64,000 nt of DNA, from the NCBI GenBank assembly GCA_977017645.1, contig OZ360222.1:123504001-123568000 (forward strand), read 5' to 3'. This document shows, piece after piece, positions 24,843 to 37,541 of this stretch (position 1 is the stretch's first letter; every line of letters begins with the position of its first letter). Below the pieces are notes generated by a model, which worked only from the letters and a program-made list of their open reading frames with translations, was not told where the DNA came from and ran no database searches. The DNA comes from Torpedo marmorata. Taxonomy: Eukaryota. The position numbers were made by a program, and so were the translations under genes.

Positions 24843-26325
24843 ATTTTTAAAAAATGGACATTAGGCAATGATGGATATGGCCTGACATCTTCCCCATACC
24901 CAGATTCACCATGCAGATGGGATTGCTTACACTTTCTATCCAGCTTTGCCCCTGCCCAAATTTTGTATCATTGTCTAATGAGAATGGATTGTGCTCTCCA
25001 GCAGACCCTACCTTTGAGAGTTAGGAGTAGAATCAGAGGACAAGGGAACCATTGAACAGAATGAGACAATTGGGATCCTTGTACCCAGGCCAGTTCCTTT
25101 GAATCAAGTTAGGACCAGTCCCCCTGCTCTTGACCTATAATCCTGCAAGCTTCCTGAAGTAGACAATACAATCCCCCGCTGTTTCCTCTGGACTATTTTT
25201 ACATTAGAGTGCACCCATTCCCAGCCAAATTGAATGGGGGTGATATACAGTAAGTGAGTGGAGTTGGTGTGTAACTCGCTTCCACATGTTAGACTTTGCT
25301 GGAGAAGTCACCCTGCTTTATCAGGAGACTTTGCTGCAATTTTGGTCAGGACTTATGTTTTCTGTGTTCCTTTTATTTTGGACCTGGAAACTGTATGTAT
25401 GGATGTTTGACAAGGTATGCTCTTACATTAGATGCTGTTGACTGTTGTAATAGAGGTCTGCTTGGGTATATAATTAAAGGCTGACCCAACCTGACCATGG
25501 TCAACCTGAGTCAGAGATAATGAAAGGAATATGGAAGTAAAGGCTTGCAATGCTGTATACACATTGGTGTTTAATCAAGAATAGAGGTCACATGTGGAGT
25601 CACTTACTGACCAGGATAAAGTACTGAGTTGGAGCAGTATGGCCCACCCTGACCAGAACCCAAATCTTTAATCACAACATTGATCCAAACTGGACCACCC
25701 CCATGGACTTCCTTCAAGCTTGGGTCAGGTAGTTGAACTTCACGAGCTGGAATAGTTTGAAAATAGACTCTGTGGACTGCTTGCTGTGGTGTGCTGTTCA
25801 AATATTCTATTTGGTGAGCAAATAGACCTGGCTTGCTGTAAAGCAGACTGTTTACTGTGAATCCTGCCAAAAGCAGCTTCTGGCCTTTGATACATTGGCT
25901 GATTAGTGGTTTCAGTTGGCATGCTATATGTTTAGACGCTTGTGTATATATCTGAGATTTTTTTTTGGAGTTTTTATTGAACCTATATTCACAACTAGTG
26001 CACTCACCACACCCAAAATATACATAAAAAAACAGTAAAATTATTGCAAATACCAATTTGCTGTTACATTGATAGTTACTCAAACAATGTGAAGGAGCAG
26101 TTATTGCCAGTAGATTGTATTGACAGATTTTTGGACAGTCTCCTAGCAGAATGGAAGTTTATCTTCCTTGCCAGGAGTGATGCAATTAACCATTTGCTTG
26201 TGTAAAAATCCACACACCAAAAAAAATCTTTGTAATTTATTAGGAACGAAATTGAAAATACATCCTAAGGAAATTTGGGCAATTGTCGCAATCAAACTAT
26301 GAATGTTTTCTTAAATTTTAAATTA

Positions 26326-26490
26326 AAGACATACAGACCATTTCGGCCCACGAGTCCGTGCCGCCCAATTTACACCCAATTATCCTGCACCCCCGGTACG
26401 TTTCGAACAGTGGGAGGAAACCGGAGCCCCTGGGGAAAACCCATACAGACACGGGGAGAACGTACAAACTCCTTACAGACAGCGCGGGAC
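26326..26490 (-). mobile_element. HE1-like SINE, head truncated
   Basis: Reverse complement of the body and tail of the 24603 SINE. Confidence 0.85.
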
Positions 26491-26565
26491 TTTGGTTATG
26501 CTGGAACACAACAGTAAAAGACAAACACCTTTAAAAGTAGTCTTCAAAGGTGATGTAGTGTTGGC

Positions 26566-26989
26566 TAGGGTTGGCGCCATGGGGGGGCATTCGTGGGCAT
26601 TGCCCCCCCCAAGCGAGGTGCTGTGCCCCCCATCACTTGCCATTAGATGCGCCTCCGCCACTAGCGTGCATCAAGCATCACTAGCGTCTAGCTTGATGCA
26701 CGCTAGTGACTCTCCACCCGCCTCCGTCACTAGCGTGCGTCAAGCGTCACTCTCGACGCAATAAAAGCAGCGCTTTCGGCTGCTACCATCGGAGGGGACG
26801 GAGGAGGTGGTTTACGTCCATTTCGATGGTAGGCCACCCCCCCCTCCCCCCCCCCGGTTTACGTCCGTTCACCAGGTAGTCCACCAGCATCCCCCCACCC
26901 CCTGCTGAGCGAGTGTACGACTGCCAGACTGTGCCCCCCCCCGGTTACCCTAATGCCCCCCTCTAACACTCGTTCTGGCGCCGACCCTA
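26566..26989. mobile_element. Non-autonomous hAT MITE, GC/CpG-rich
   Basis: TIRs TAGGGTTGGCGCCA and TGGCGCCGACCCTA. 8-bp TSD GTGTTGGC at 26558-26565 and 26990-26997. Confidence 0.9.
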
Positions 26990-27608
26990 GTGTTGGCCAA
27001 AATGAGCCATGAGGTAGAGAGGGAAACCATCGTACACATTCCTTGTTGTGTGGTCATCATTTGGCTGTTCTTTCTCCTAAAGCACATGACAGGAGCTTTA
27101 CAGAATCGCTGTCTTCCATTCCAAGTGGCATAACTAAAAGCCTCTGTTGGATTGAGATTCGACTTATTCCCAATAATAAAGCAGATTGTTATATAGTTTT
27201 TTTTTCCAACAGGATTTATTCAGCAAACAATTTTATTTTCCCATTATTGTTTGCTGCAATTTATTAACAAGTCTTATTCATTGCTATTTTAAGTTGTCAA
27301 AGACAACAATTGGGAAAAGTTCAGAACTGAAGATAGTAGATAGTTTTAGATGTGTTCATGTAAGTAACTGTTAGAGAATGAGTGCTGACCATCATTTTGT
27401 TTACTGGGTAAAATAGTGAAGCATACATTAAAAAGATAACTACTATTTTGATATTTCTTGTAACCAAATTTGGTAAGAGTGACCAAAAAATCTTAAAGAG
27501 AATTTAAAAAATAAATCGCAGATCTATATTTTGAATGGGCAGTTTTCTTATTAATAAGCCCGACCAATTAAAAAAATTAAGGGAGGCTAAACTATAAAGA
27601 GACAAAAT

Positions 27609-27609
<1 letters not shown>

Positions 27610-27668
<59 letters not shown>
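27610..27668. repeat. (CA)n microsatellite
   Basis: Uninterrupted CA run of about 29 units. Confidence 0.99.
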
Positions 27669-27670
<2 letters not shown>

Positions 27671-28129
27671 AAAAATACAGTAGCACAACCCACTTGCAGC
27701 CACGAAAGAACAGGCAACTAAAATATTTTTATAGTGTGGCTAGATTTTTGAGAGGAGGGACTGGTGCCTTGACCTGTGTGAACGGTAACCCCTGCAGACA
27801 TAACCATTCTGACCCATTGAATGGTCTGAATACGATAAATGCTGCTTTATCTTTTCTTGAAAGGAACTAGAGAGTGCGGCCTAAATGCCTGGGCATGCTT
27901 AAATGAACAACTGTTCAGCGTTTGAGCTGAGAGGGTGTTTGAAATCTGAGCACTGCAACAGGCTAAGAGCTGCCACAGGTCACCTGCTGCCCTCCATGGG
28001 GATAGGCCTAGACCTTACAAGAAATTGCCCATGGACGAATTGTCGTACAAATTCCTTTCTCTACTGGCTGGCCTCTTTCACCAGACCATGGCCTATAAAA
28101 TTCTGTAAAAACAATTCTAAAAAAAATTC

Positions 28130-29200
28130 AAAGGGCAAGCGGCTGTGATGAAAGGTTTGACAGTTTTGACTTACAGTTCATGCTAGAGAATTGAATAGCA
28201 GGGCTGTGGCTCTGCAATGTTTGCTACAGATCTTATGCCGTTCAGAAATGATGCCTGTTTGTTGTGCCTTTTTTTTCATTGCTTGCAGCTGTAAAACTGT
28301 AATACATTGGCTTCACTGATTTTAAAGTGTATTTTGACTAAATTGTAATAAGCGCAAAGACACTTTGCACCTTCAATTGCAATGTGCTGTACATGTGGAA
28401 TCAGGTATTAGCAATTAAAGTGGCATTTCAAACAATCATATCAAAAGAGATTACCCTAAATTCCTCTGATAATGTCATGCAATGCCTAGAGAGATTGTAT
28501 GGGAAGTTGCAGACCATTTCATGGATCAAAGTAATCAGAACTAAAACAGTGGGAATGCTCACATGATGGGTGAGTCAGTGCATGAGTGTGGAGCAACTAC
28601 ATAAACTGTGTACAGACTGTACCTTCCCCCCTTCTCTCTCCCCCCTCCATCTCTCCTCGTTCCCCCTCCCTCCAAAATAGCCAGAGGCAATCTCAAAGTG
28701 CCTCTGGCCCCTTAACTCACTGGCCTGCTGGTTAATTGCCACACGGAGACCATGACACACGGGCAGATGGTATGACATTTTCAGTTCCTGTCACTCGCGA
28801 AAGCCACAACACAGCTCACACTAGTTGCGAAGAAGCTGTCAGAAAGTGTTAGCTGTTGGCAAAAGTTGCCCTATGGCATTTCCTCATGGCATCAGCAAAA
28901 ATGAGCATAAATCACCCAGCGGAGCCTGCTGCTGTACTAATGAGGCTGTAAGCTTGTTTATGGACTCGCATCATTTTTATGATTATTTCCACCTTTTCAG
29001 TTTTCCCTTCATAATTTGCCCTTCATTTGAAGCCAGAAGTCAAATGTAGAAATGAAGTTACTGCTGACATTTTTTGCAAATGTGGCCCATAGCTGCTACC
29101 ATATGGCTCTCTTCAGATAAACTCATTGGAGCTTAGAAAGAGAGAGAGAGAGAAATTAGCCGCAGACCTCACAGAGGTGATTGATGGTATCAAATTACAG
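28130..29200. promoter_or_regulatory. Candidate conserved non-coding enhancer block
   Basis: No recognisable repeats. Contains TGACAG/CTGTCA (28158, 28788, 28836) and TGATTGATGG (29178). Conservation is inferred, not tested. Confidence 0.45.
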
Positions 29201-31124
29201 GGAAAATGGAAATGCCAATAAAACTGATGCTTTTGAATTTTCTCCAAGGTTTCAATGCACAGAGGTCAGTTTGCAGGAAAAGTTAACAAAAACTAGGTTA
29301 AAAAAAGTGCTTAAAAAGGAAAGGTGTAAGGAAAAGAAAATGGTTGTAATACACAGTAATCTCCATTGGTATCCTTTTAAGGGCATCCAATTTCTGTCAT
29401 CTTCAACAACATTAGAGGGGCTTTTTAGGCATCTTGGAACATGCACCCAATTTTGCAGTGGATTGAAGGCATTTGCTTCTAATGAGAAATCTTAACTTAG
29501 ATTGCAAGACAGCAGTATAATTTCCCATTTCAGATGAAAGCAAAGCATCTCTATTTGACTAAAATACAGTAGGAAGAACAAACTGAATAAAAATCGAGGC
29601 TGTGTTTTTTTGGACTCGTGCTAATGATGTAACAGAAACCAGTTATTTGGGGTAAGCTGCACTCTGCAGATTGATTGAGGGGAACAGTCCTCACTTAAAA
29701 GCTTTCTCCATTGTATCTACATAAGTCTTTACTTAAAATTTCTGTTTCTACTGTGGGTGCTTTAGCTACATGAGAAAAACAGGAAAGGTACTGGTGAGTG
29801 TTTTATATGGAATGCAGAAAGCCTTTACTTCCCCTAATGGTGTGTATAATTCAGGTGCCCTGAAGGCATGCTTTCAGGAATTCTTTTGCCTGGGGTAATG
29901 GGAAGCAAAGGCTGTTTTAAAGCCTTGATTATTCTATTGATGCACAAAGCTGGAAAAAGTCATAGCTGGATTATATTAGATATTTCCATAAATTATCAAT
30001 GAATTCTTCTCTAGTGAGGCAGTGGGGCATTACTGGTAAATGAATCTGAAGGATTTTTGGCATAAATGGAAAGTTATATGTGAAGAGGAGGGTTGATGCA
30101 GAAACATCAAGATGGGGGAGGGTTTGTCATTAGGTTCAATGCTGTTCAGAATTTTAATCAATACTATATACAGTATATATCCATGAGTTACTTCTAAGTG
30201 TGTAATAATCCTGTGCTCACAGTATTTACACTCAAATTTAAGCAGATGTTGATCTACTCATGTTTTTTAATAAATAATAATACAATAGAATAAATTGATC
30301 TGCCTTGCAACAAAAAAAAACAGCATCCACTTCAAACGAAAAATGGTACGACAGAAAATACTGCACGCATTATATCTTATTAATGAAGCTGTGAATGCAT
30401 TTAATTTTGACATTTCCTTCTAAAAAATATAGCCCCAGCTATAATATTTCAGGACTTTGGATACTTAATTTGCAATTCATTTGCATGTTGTTTTTCCCAC
30501 ATATTGAATGGCTGTCGGGGAAAGGGAAAGAGCACTGCTAGAGAAATGAAACATGGTTCACGTTGCACCCTGTGTTGGCCTCAACTAATTTCAGGTCAGG
30601 AACAAAGTAGGTCACATTCATTGTAGCTTCCACTGCAATACAGAGGAACTTAACCTTTGCCTCAGAACGGCACCCCCTACTGCACCACAACAGAATTTTC
30701 ACTTCCCCTGCCATCTGGCCTGATCCCAGATTTGACAATTTATTGTCAGTTCATAGTGCAATGATGGCCAATCTCATGCTGTGAACTTGTATCCACAGAC
30801 TGTAAGCCTGGGACCGGCCAAACTGAATTTGAATACCGCTCTTAACAGTTTCGGGAGCACAGTCACCTCTCATTCCATTTGACCCAGAATTGAAAACTTA
30901 GTCCTGCAGATTCATCCAGTTATTTAGCATTAAATAATGTGTTAAAAGATTTTGATTTGTCTTCCATTAAACCTAATACTCAGGTAAATACATTGATGGG
31001 GGCCTAAAAATCAACCCTTGTCTCTCCTGATCTCACTTTCTCTGTGAAGATAAAAGGCCATTGCTGAGTAATATTTTGAAATTGCAATTACTTCTCATCC
31101 TTCTGGTTATACCTTAAAAATTTT

Positions 31125-31350
31125 AATTGACAAGCCGATTACGGCCCATGAAACCTATGCCGTCCAATTACACCCAATTAACTTGCCAATTCCATACATT
31201 TTGGAGGGTGGGAGGAAACCGGAACACCTGGGTAAAACTCACGCAGGTCATGGGGAGAACGTACAAACTCCTTACAGACAGTGCCGAATTCAAACCTGGG
31301 CCACTGGCACTGTAATAGTATTGCACGAACCGCTGCACTAACTGTGGTGC
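31125..31350 (-). mobile_element. HE1-like tRNA-derived SINE
   Basis: gggtgggaggaaaccgg...ggagaacgtacaaactccttacagacag, the reverse complement of the SINE core. Confidence 0.87.
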
Positions 31351-32191
31351 TCTTTTACCACTGGACCACTATGGAGTTAAAATTATTCTCTCTTTGGTTG
31401 TACTTGAATGTGCATGGTAAGCAGCTTTAAGCCAAGCTGCTACTAGAAATCCAGGTGAAAATAGTAATGGTCCCATTTCTACCAATTTGGCACAAACAGT
31501 GAAGCCATTTGTAAACTGTATTATTTGCCCAGCGTAAGGACAGACAGATGGTTTGTGTCTTTAACAGTAATGTTACTTTTTGTTTGGAAAGCCAGGAAGC
31601 CAGCATTGTAGTCATTAGGAGAGGCTGTGCAAGTACAAGACGGGTTGAATGGCGACCCCATTGTCCCCCATCCAGCTGGTTGCCCGCCCAGTTTTATGTT
31701 GCAGACGTAAATTCATTTGTGCTAAAATAAGGTCGGGACACAGATGGCATATGTTGGGCTCAGTGCCATGTTGCCTCATTTCTATTAAAACAACGAGGAA
31801 AAATAAAGAGTCTGTTTCCCTAAGGAGGGAAGCGGAGATGGAAGTAGCCAGTGTAATATTCCCCCTCCCATCCGCCACAACACACCGGAGAAAGATTCAA
31901 GGTGATTGATAACAATTATATTCAGAGCACCGACTGAGCAGTTTGATTTTCGAAGCACTGGTATGAGTCAACTGCTGCCCTACGTGACCTTGTAATCAAG
32001 GTTGCACTTGTGTCCGACTGCTGAAAAAAGACGAACAATTCATTTTCAGGTATCTTTCCTTTGTGATCCAAGGTTTAAATTATCCATGCCTGATGCACCT
32101 GGCAAACACTGACCCATTTTTAAAAAGTTCCCTCATGTTGTGCAACATAGAAGCAATACAAAAACCTCAATGACCAAAAAGATTGCCTTAA

Positions 32192-32374
<183 letters not shown>

Positions 32375-33675
32375 TGAAATTGGTACACCTTGAGTGGCAA
32401 GGGCGCGGAGGTTGGGGGGAGGGGGTTTCTGGAGTGGTATTTCCAAGGGGTAGGTTTTTCTTGTGCTTTTGTGTAAAGGCCACCTGGTTGGTCCATGTAG
32501 ATACCAAACTGCGTGCGGGGGATTGCACACCATACAAATCTTCACCCCCAGTTGCTCCCCACCTGTCCAATTGCCTCCATTAGTTTAATTGTTTTTTTTC
32601 TGTGGTGATTCATTCCATTAAAGCTCAGAAGGGAGAACTATATGGGTTTGCAAGGCCACAGGAGACCCTTGTTCAAGACAAGATGGTTTATGAAAAGCAA
32701 TCCTTTAGCAAGCACTTAAATTGTACATTGGCCTTCTACAGTTTGGGCTCCAGGTTGTTTTAAAATTCAACATTGCGAGATTGCAGCAGCTCAAGCAAAT
32801 ATCATTGGGAAGGAGCAATGTCCAAAGTAAGAATATCTCCTGATTTATCACCTTGCAAGCAGCTGAGTAACATTGAAGTGGAAAATATGGTAAGCTAAAA
32901 TCTTGCATGAAGGATAAACAATCCTAAGTTGACAGGAATTTTGAAATCAGGTCCAACGCCATGTAAGGAAAGAGGAACAGGGTTAATGTTTTTGGTTGGT
33001 GATCTTTTCTTTTGAATGGTGGTTAAAAAAACTGGCCATTTACAGACTATTTCTTGCCTTCTCCCATTTCATAAAGTGCAATGGCTCCAAGGAAACCAGG
33101 CATCTTGTTCAGTGCCCACATGGCTGTTATTTAACTGTGAGCCTGGTCAACAAAATATTTGGTAGCTTTAACACCTGTTGCACTTATATTTCAGTGGAGG
33201 ACATTGTGTGGGCAGAAAGAAGTATTGATTTTGGGCCATCTTTGTTCCTAATTCGTATAGGGGAACTGAACTCAGGAAACTAATACAAATTGATCAAACT
33301 GATCATATTTGCTGAAATTACAAATCATTGATACAGAAGGAGGCCATTCGACCCACTGAAATGATGCTAGCTCTTTGATGCGAATAAATCTTGACAGTGC
33401 ATCGGAAGGAGGTATTGAAACTCCAAAGCTAGACAAATTTTGCAAATGGACAGAAAAAGACAGAGGAAAATTAATATTAATACATGTAAGTTACAAGCCA
33501 TGGAAAGGATAAGTGGATATTTGGACTTGAATGGTGTTGACTTAGCTGAGCATGAATTAGGCTTGGATGACTTGGTAGTATTGATATACAACAGTGGAGT
33601 AATGAAATTCAAAGCTCTCAGAATGCCACAATCAGTGGAATATGTCTATCATCAAGGAATGACTGATGGAGAACA

Positions 33676-34676
33676 AATCAGAATCAGAATTTATTGTCAT
33701 GAACAAGTCATGAAATTCGGTGTTTTTGCGGCAGCATCATAGTGCAAACATTCATATTATAACCATCTTATGACATTACTATAAAAAAATATATATAAAT
33801 AATAGTGCATGAAAAGTAAGGCAGTGTCTTTGGTTCATTGATTATTCAGGAATCTGATGGCAGCGAGGAAGAAGCTGTCCTTGTGCTGTTGAGTGCTCGT
33901 CTTTAGGTTCTTGTACCTTTTTCCCGATGGTAGCAGAGTGAAGAGGGCATGGCCTGGGTGGTGGGGGTCTTTGAGGATAGAGGCTGCTTTTTTAAGACAC
34001 CACCTCATGTAGATGTCCTCGATAGAGTGAAGTCTGGTGCCTGTGATATCACAGGCCGAGTTAACAACCCTCTGGAGTTTATTCTTGTCCTGAGAGTTGC
34101 CGCCTCCATACCAGGCAGTGATGCAACCAGCCAGAATGCTCTCCACGGTACACCTGTATAAGTTTACGAGAGTCTTCGGTGACATACCGAATCTCCTCAG
34201 ACACGTCACAAAGTATAGCCGCTAGCGAGCTTTCTTTGTAATTGCATCAACGTGGAGACTCCAGGACAGATCCTCGGAGATGTTGACACCCAGGAATTTG
34301 GTTCTTGGCCCTCTCCACTTCTGAGCCTTCGATGAGGACTGGGTCGTGTTCCCCTGACTTCCTCCTGAAGTCCACAATCATCTCCTTGGTTTTGCTGATG
34401 TTGAGTGCAAGGTTGTTTTCGTTACACCATTCAACGAGCTGATCTATCTCCCTCCTTTATGCTTCCTCATTGCCGTTTGTGATTCTGCCGACAACTGTGG
34501 TGTCATCAGCAAACTTGTAGATGGCATTGGAATTGTGCCTGGCCACACAGTCATGGGTGTATAACGAGTAGAGCAGTGGGCTAAGCACGCATCCTTGGGG
34601 TGCACCTGTGTTGATAATCAGTGAGGAGTAGACGTTGTTTCCAATTCGTACTGACTGTGGTCTTCCGATGAGAAAG
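33676..34676 (-). mobile_element. Rex1/Babar LINE, 5'-truncated
   Basis: (AATCAG)n tail on +. ORF 33835-34209 (ESILAGCITAWYG...LLPSGKRY). Near-identical to the + copy at 37542-41194. Confidence 0.92.
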
Positions 34677-37541
34677 ATGAATGAATTGATAACACACTTA
34701 GAGGTCTTGGATATCAGGAATAGCTGACATGGATCGCAAGCTCACGAGTGGCATGGAAAGATAATTCAAGCATATTATTTTGAAATAGATTGAGTGAAAA
34801 GGATAAATAGAGGCAAGATTAAATAAATGGAAAGTAAATGTGAGCCAGAAAGCTTGGCGCACAAACTGTGATCGCCACGTGGAGAGAGTGTTGAAATGAC
34901 TGAAAATATCAGAAACACATAAGGGCCAATTGAATGCTTCTTCCTCTTCTCATGACCAACCATCACAACTGTTGTTCCTGACATTAGTGGTACAATGGTA
35001 GTAACCTAGGGCTGATTCTGGTTTGGCCCTAACTGGATACTGCAACATTCAAATTAGTGTATTTGTGTGAATGAATGTCCTTCCTTATCTGAACTGACCA
35101 TATGATAGTGAGCAGGCTGATTCTAAGCTTTCCAATTTAAGGTCAGCAACACCTCCCTGACCACCTTGACAATACACATCTGTGATCCACATTACCTAGT
35201 CAGTCACTATGGCAGCTCTAATGTAACTTCCTGATGCAGTTTAGATCCAAAATGCCAACTAAACGTTTGCCTCCACAGATGCTGCCTTACATAATGAATT
35301 CCTCCAACAATTTGCTTTTTACCATGCCCTCTTGTTAAACAACACTTTGATGCATTACAAAAAAATCAGGCTGAACCTATCGTAAATAGTTTCTATGGCA
35401 TCTTGTTAATAAATAGAGCTGTAGAGAAGGCAATTAACTACATTCTTTGAATCACCACTGAATATAACTTTATGATTAACATATTAGTTCAGAATTTCTT
35501 GAAGAAAAATATGCTTAAAGGCTACTTTATCTTCTCAGTCTTACTGACAATTATCTTCTGCCCAAAGAATTTGTTCTTCCCACTTGCATTACATTTCCAC
35601 ACCACTTACCTCCTGTACATGATGAAAATACGATCTAAAATCCGCAGATGCTAATTTTAGAACAAATAATCAAACAATTATTTTGAGGGTAACTGATAGC
35701 TTGGTTAAATACAAAGTTTAGAAAAATATTTTGAGTTAAATTATTAAGAAGACCAGAATAACTTCGCTTTGAAAAACAAATTCCTCTGCAGAATATTTTC
35801 ATTGGATACCTTGCCAGGCTCTGACAACAATTTAAACTCACTGTGACTTTCCGGCTTGTCACAGCTTTCTTTTATTAAGTATAGAGGAAAACAACACTCA
35901 GACTTTCCTCATAAGCCTTGGATACAGTAAAAAAAAATGGCATTCAAACTCTTGTAGTTTAAAAATAAAAAACATGTGTGAATTATGCAATAAAGCAAAA
36001 TGAAATATATTATTCTAATTAATAAAACGTTTGTATCACTGTACCTCACATCGATATCTGTTTTTTTTTGTATTTTGTAAGCATGTGGCATAGGTCTCAA
36101 TATCATTAGTGATGTGGCACATGATGCCGCATTGGTGGTGGTGCTGTTGGGCTTCATCATGTTGGACTCGAGGTGCTGGATTTCTCATGAGACTTGTAGG
36201 TGCTGAGGTGTCATGTTTGTGTACTTCTATGTATACGGTGACACACCACCTCCTTCCAAGGAGGTGGTGGGTCACCCTATACATAGAATTGGCTCTGGCA
36301 ATTGATTTTGGATGTGTTTAAACCCACATCTTGGCAGGCTGACACTTGGACACTATCAGCTCACCACACTGTCACAGCCTTATTACTGCTGGCAGTAAAT
36401 CCTCAAAGAACACTGAGCACTCCGACAAATAGTTTCGTGACTGAGCTACATCTCCTAGATGGAGAAAGTATAAAAAGTGGATAAAATACAAGGCCAGTCT
36501 GAAAAGTATTTTGGTTTACAACCGGGTAGAAGATAACAGGAAAGCCGAATGGAACTGTCCAAAACAGGATGTCCAGCATACAAACAGGTCATTCAGCTAG
36601 CTTGGTTCACGGGTGGGCCGTTTTGAGAGCAGATTGCTCCCATTCATCTAAGATGAAATATCTGGCAAATAAAAATATCAGAAACAATTTTCTAGTTATG
36701 ACACTAAAATCAAAGTGTTATCAGATAACTTGTAATTAATTAGAAATTAGTATCAATGTAAAGTACCGGTAAGTAAGCAACAAAATCAAAACAAAAGATG
36801 TTGGAAAATTGTCATCAGTGATAAATGCAGATTATTGCATTGATGGCTTATTGTAGTCACTCGTTGTTACCTCAATGGAATGGAATAATAGGAGGGGGTG
36901 GGGGGCATCAATTCAAGAGTAACCATTTAGCATCAGCACCCAAAGAAGATTTTTTATCTTGTTTTGTTGCATTATATTAGTTGTAATTGACTAGAAAGGA
37001 ATATTTTTACAGCATGTGGTTCTCCACCCTGTTGATGTGGGGGTCCTCATCTGTTATAGCAGGTATCCGTTATTGGAAAAATCCTGCACTCTGTGGGGTA
37101 ATTTTCTGGGTATTGATGCCTCTCTGTGAAAGATGCAATAGTTCATGCAAAATAATTCAGCTGGGAGTGGTGATAATTTCTGTTTTCTCTCAAATTTAAA
37201 GAAAAACACCTTTCCCTCTGTCACTGTGCCAAGACATTTAAAGTTATTCATTCGTGCTCTTTCAAATTAACTTTCATCTTTGTGCATTTCTGGCATATTT
37301 GTATGAAGTGACCTCTATGGTGGTTCAAAATAGTTTTTAGTTTACAATAGTAGAATGCTTTTCTCCTTCCTCCAGAAACTCTTATTCTGATTTACTCTGA
37401 GTCAGCTCTGTACCCGAGCATGTCCACAGCGCAGAGCTTGGATGAGATACCTGACTCTGCTCTCTCAGCCTGCTTTAGAGCGGGTGAACTCCCATGCTTT
37501 GACATGTCTAATCCAATGAAAACAAAAGCTTGGGTGTGTTG

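Noticed and set aside
30593-30614. AGGTCA-n10-AGGTCA as a RARE
   Set aside because: The 10-bp spacing is not a canonical DR1, DR2 or DR5, and could occur by chance.
37001-37100. Possible next Meis exon after tttttacag|cat
   Set aside because: It translates as HVVLHPVDV, not the expected HPYPSEEQKKQLAQDTGLT. I found neither exon 7 nor exon 9 in the window.
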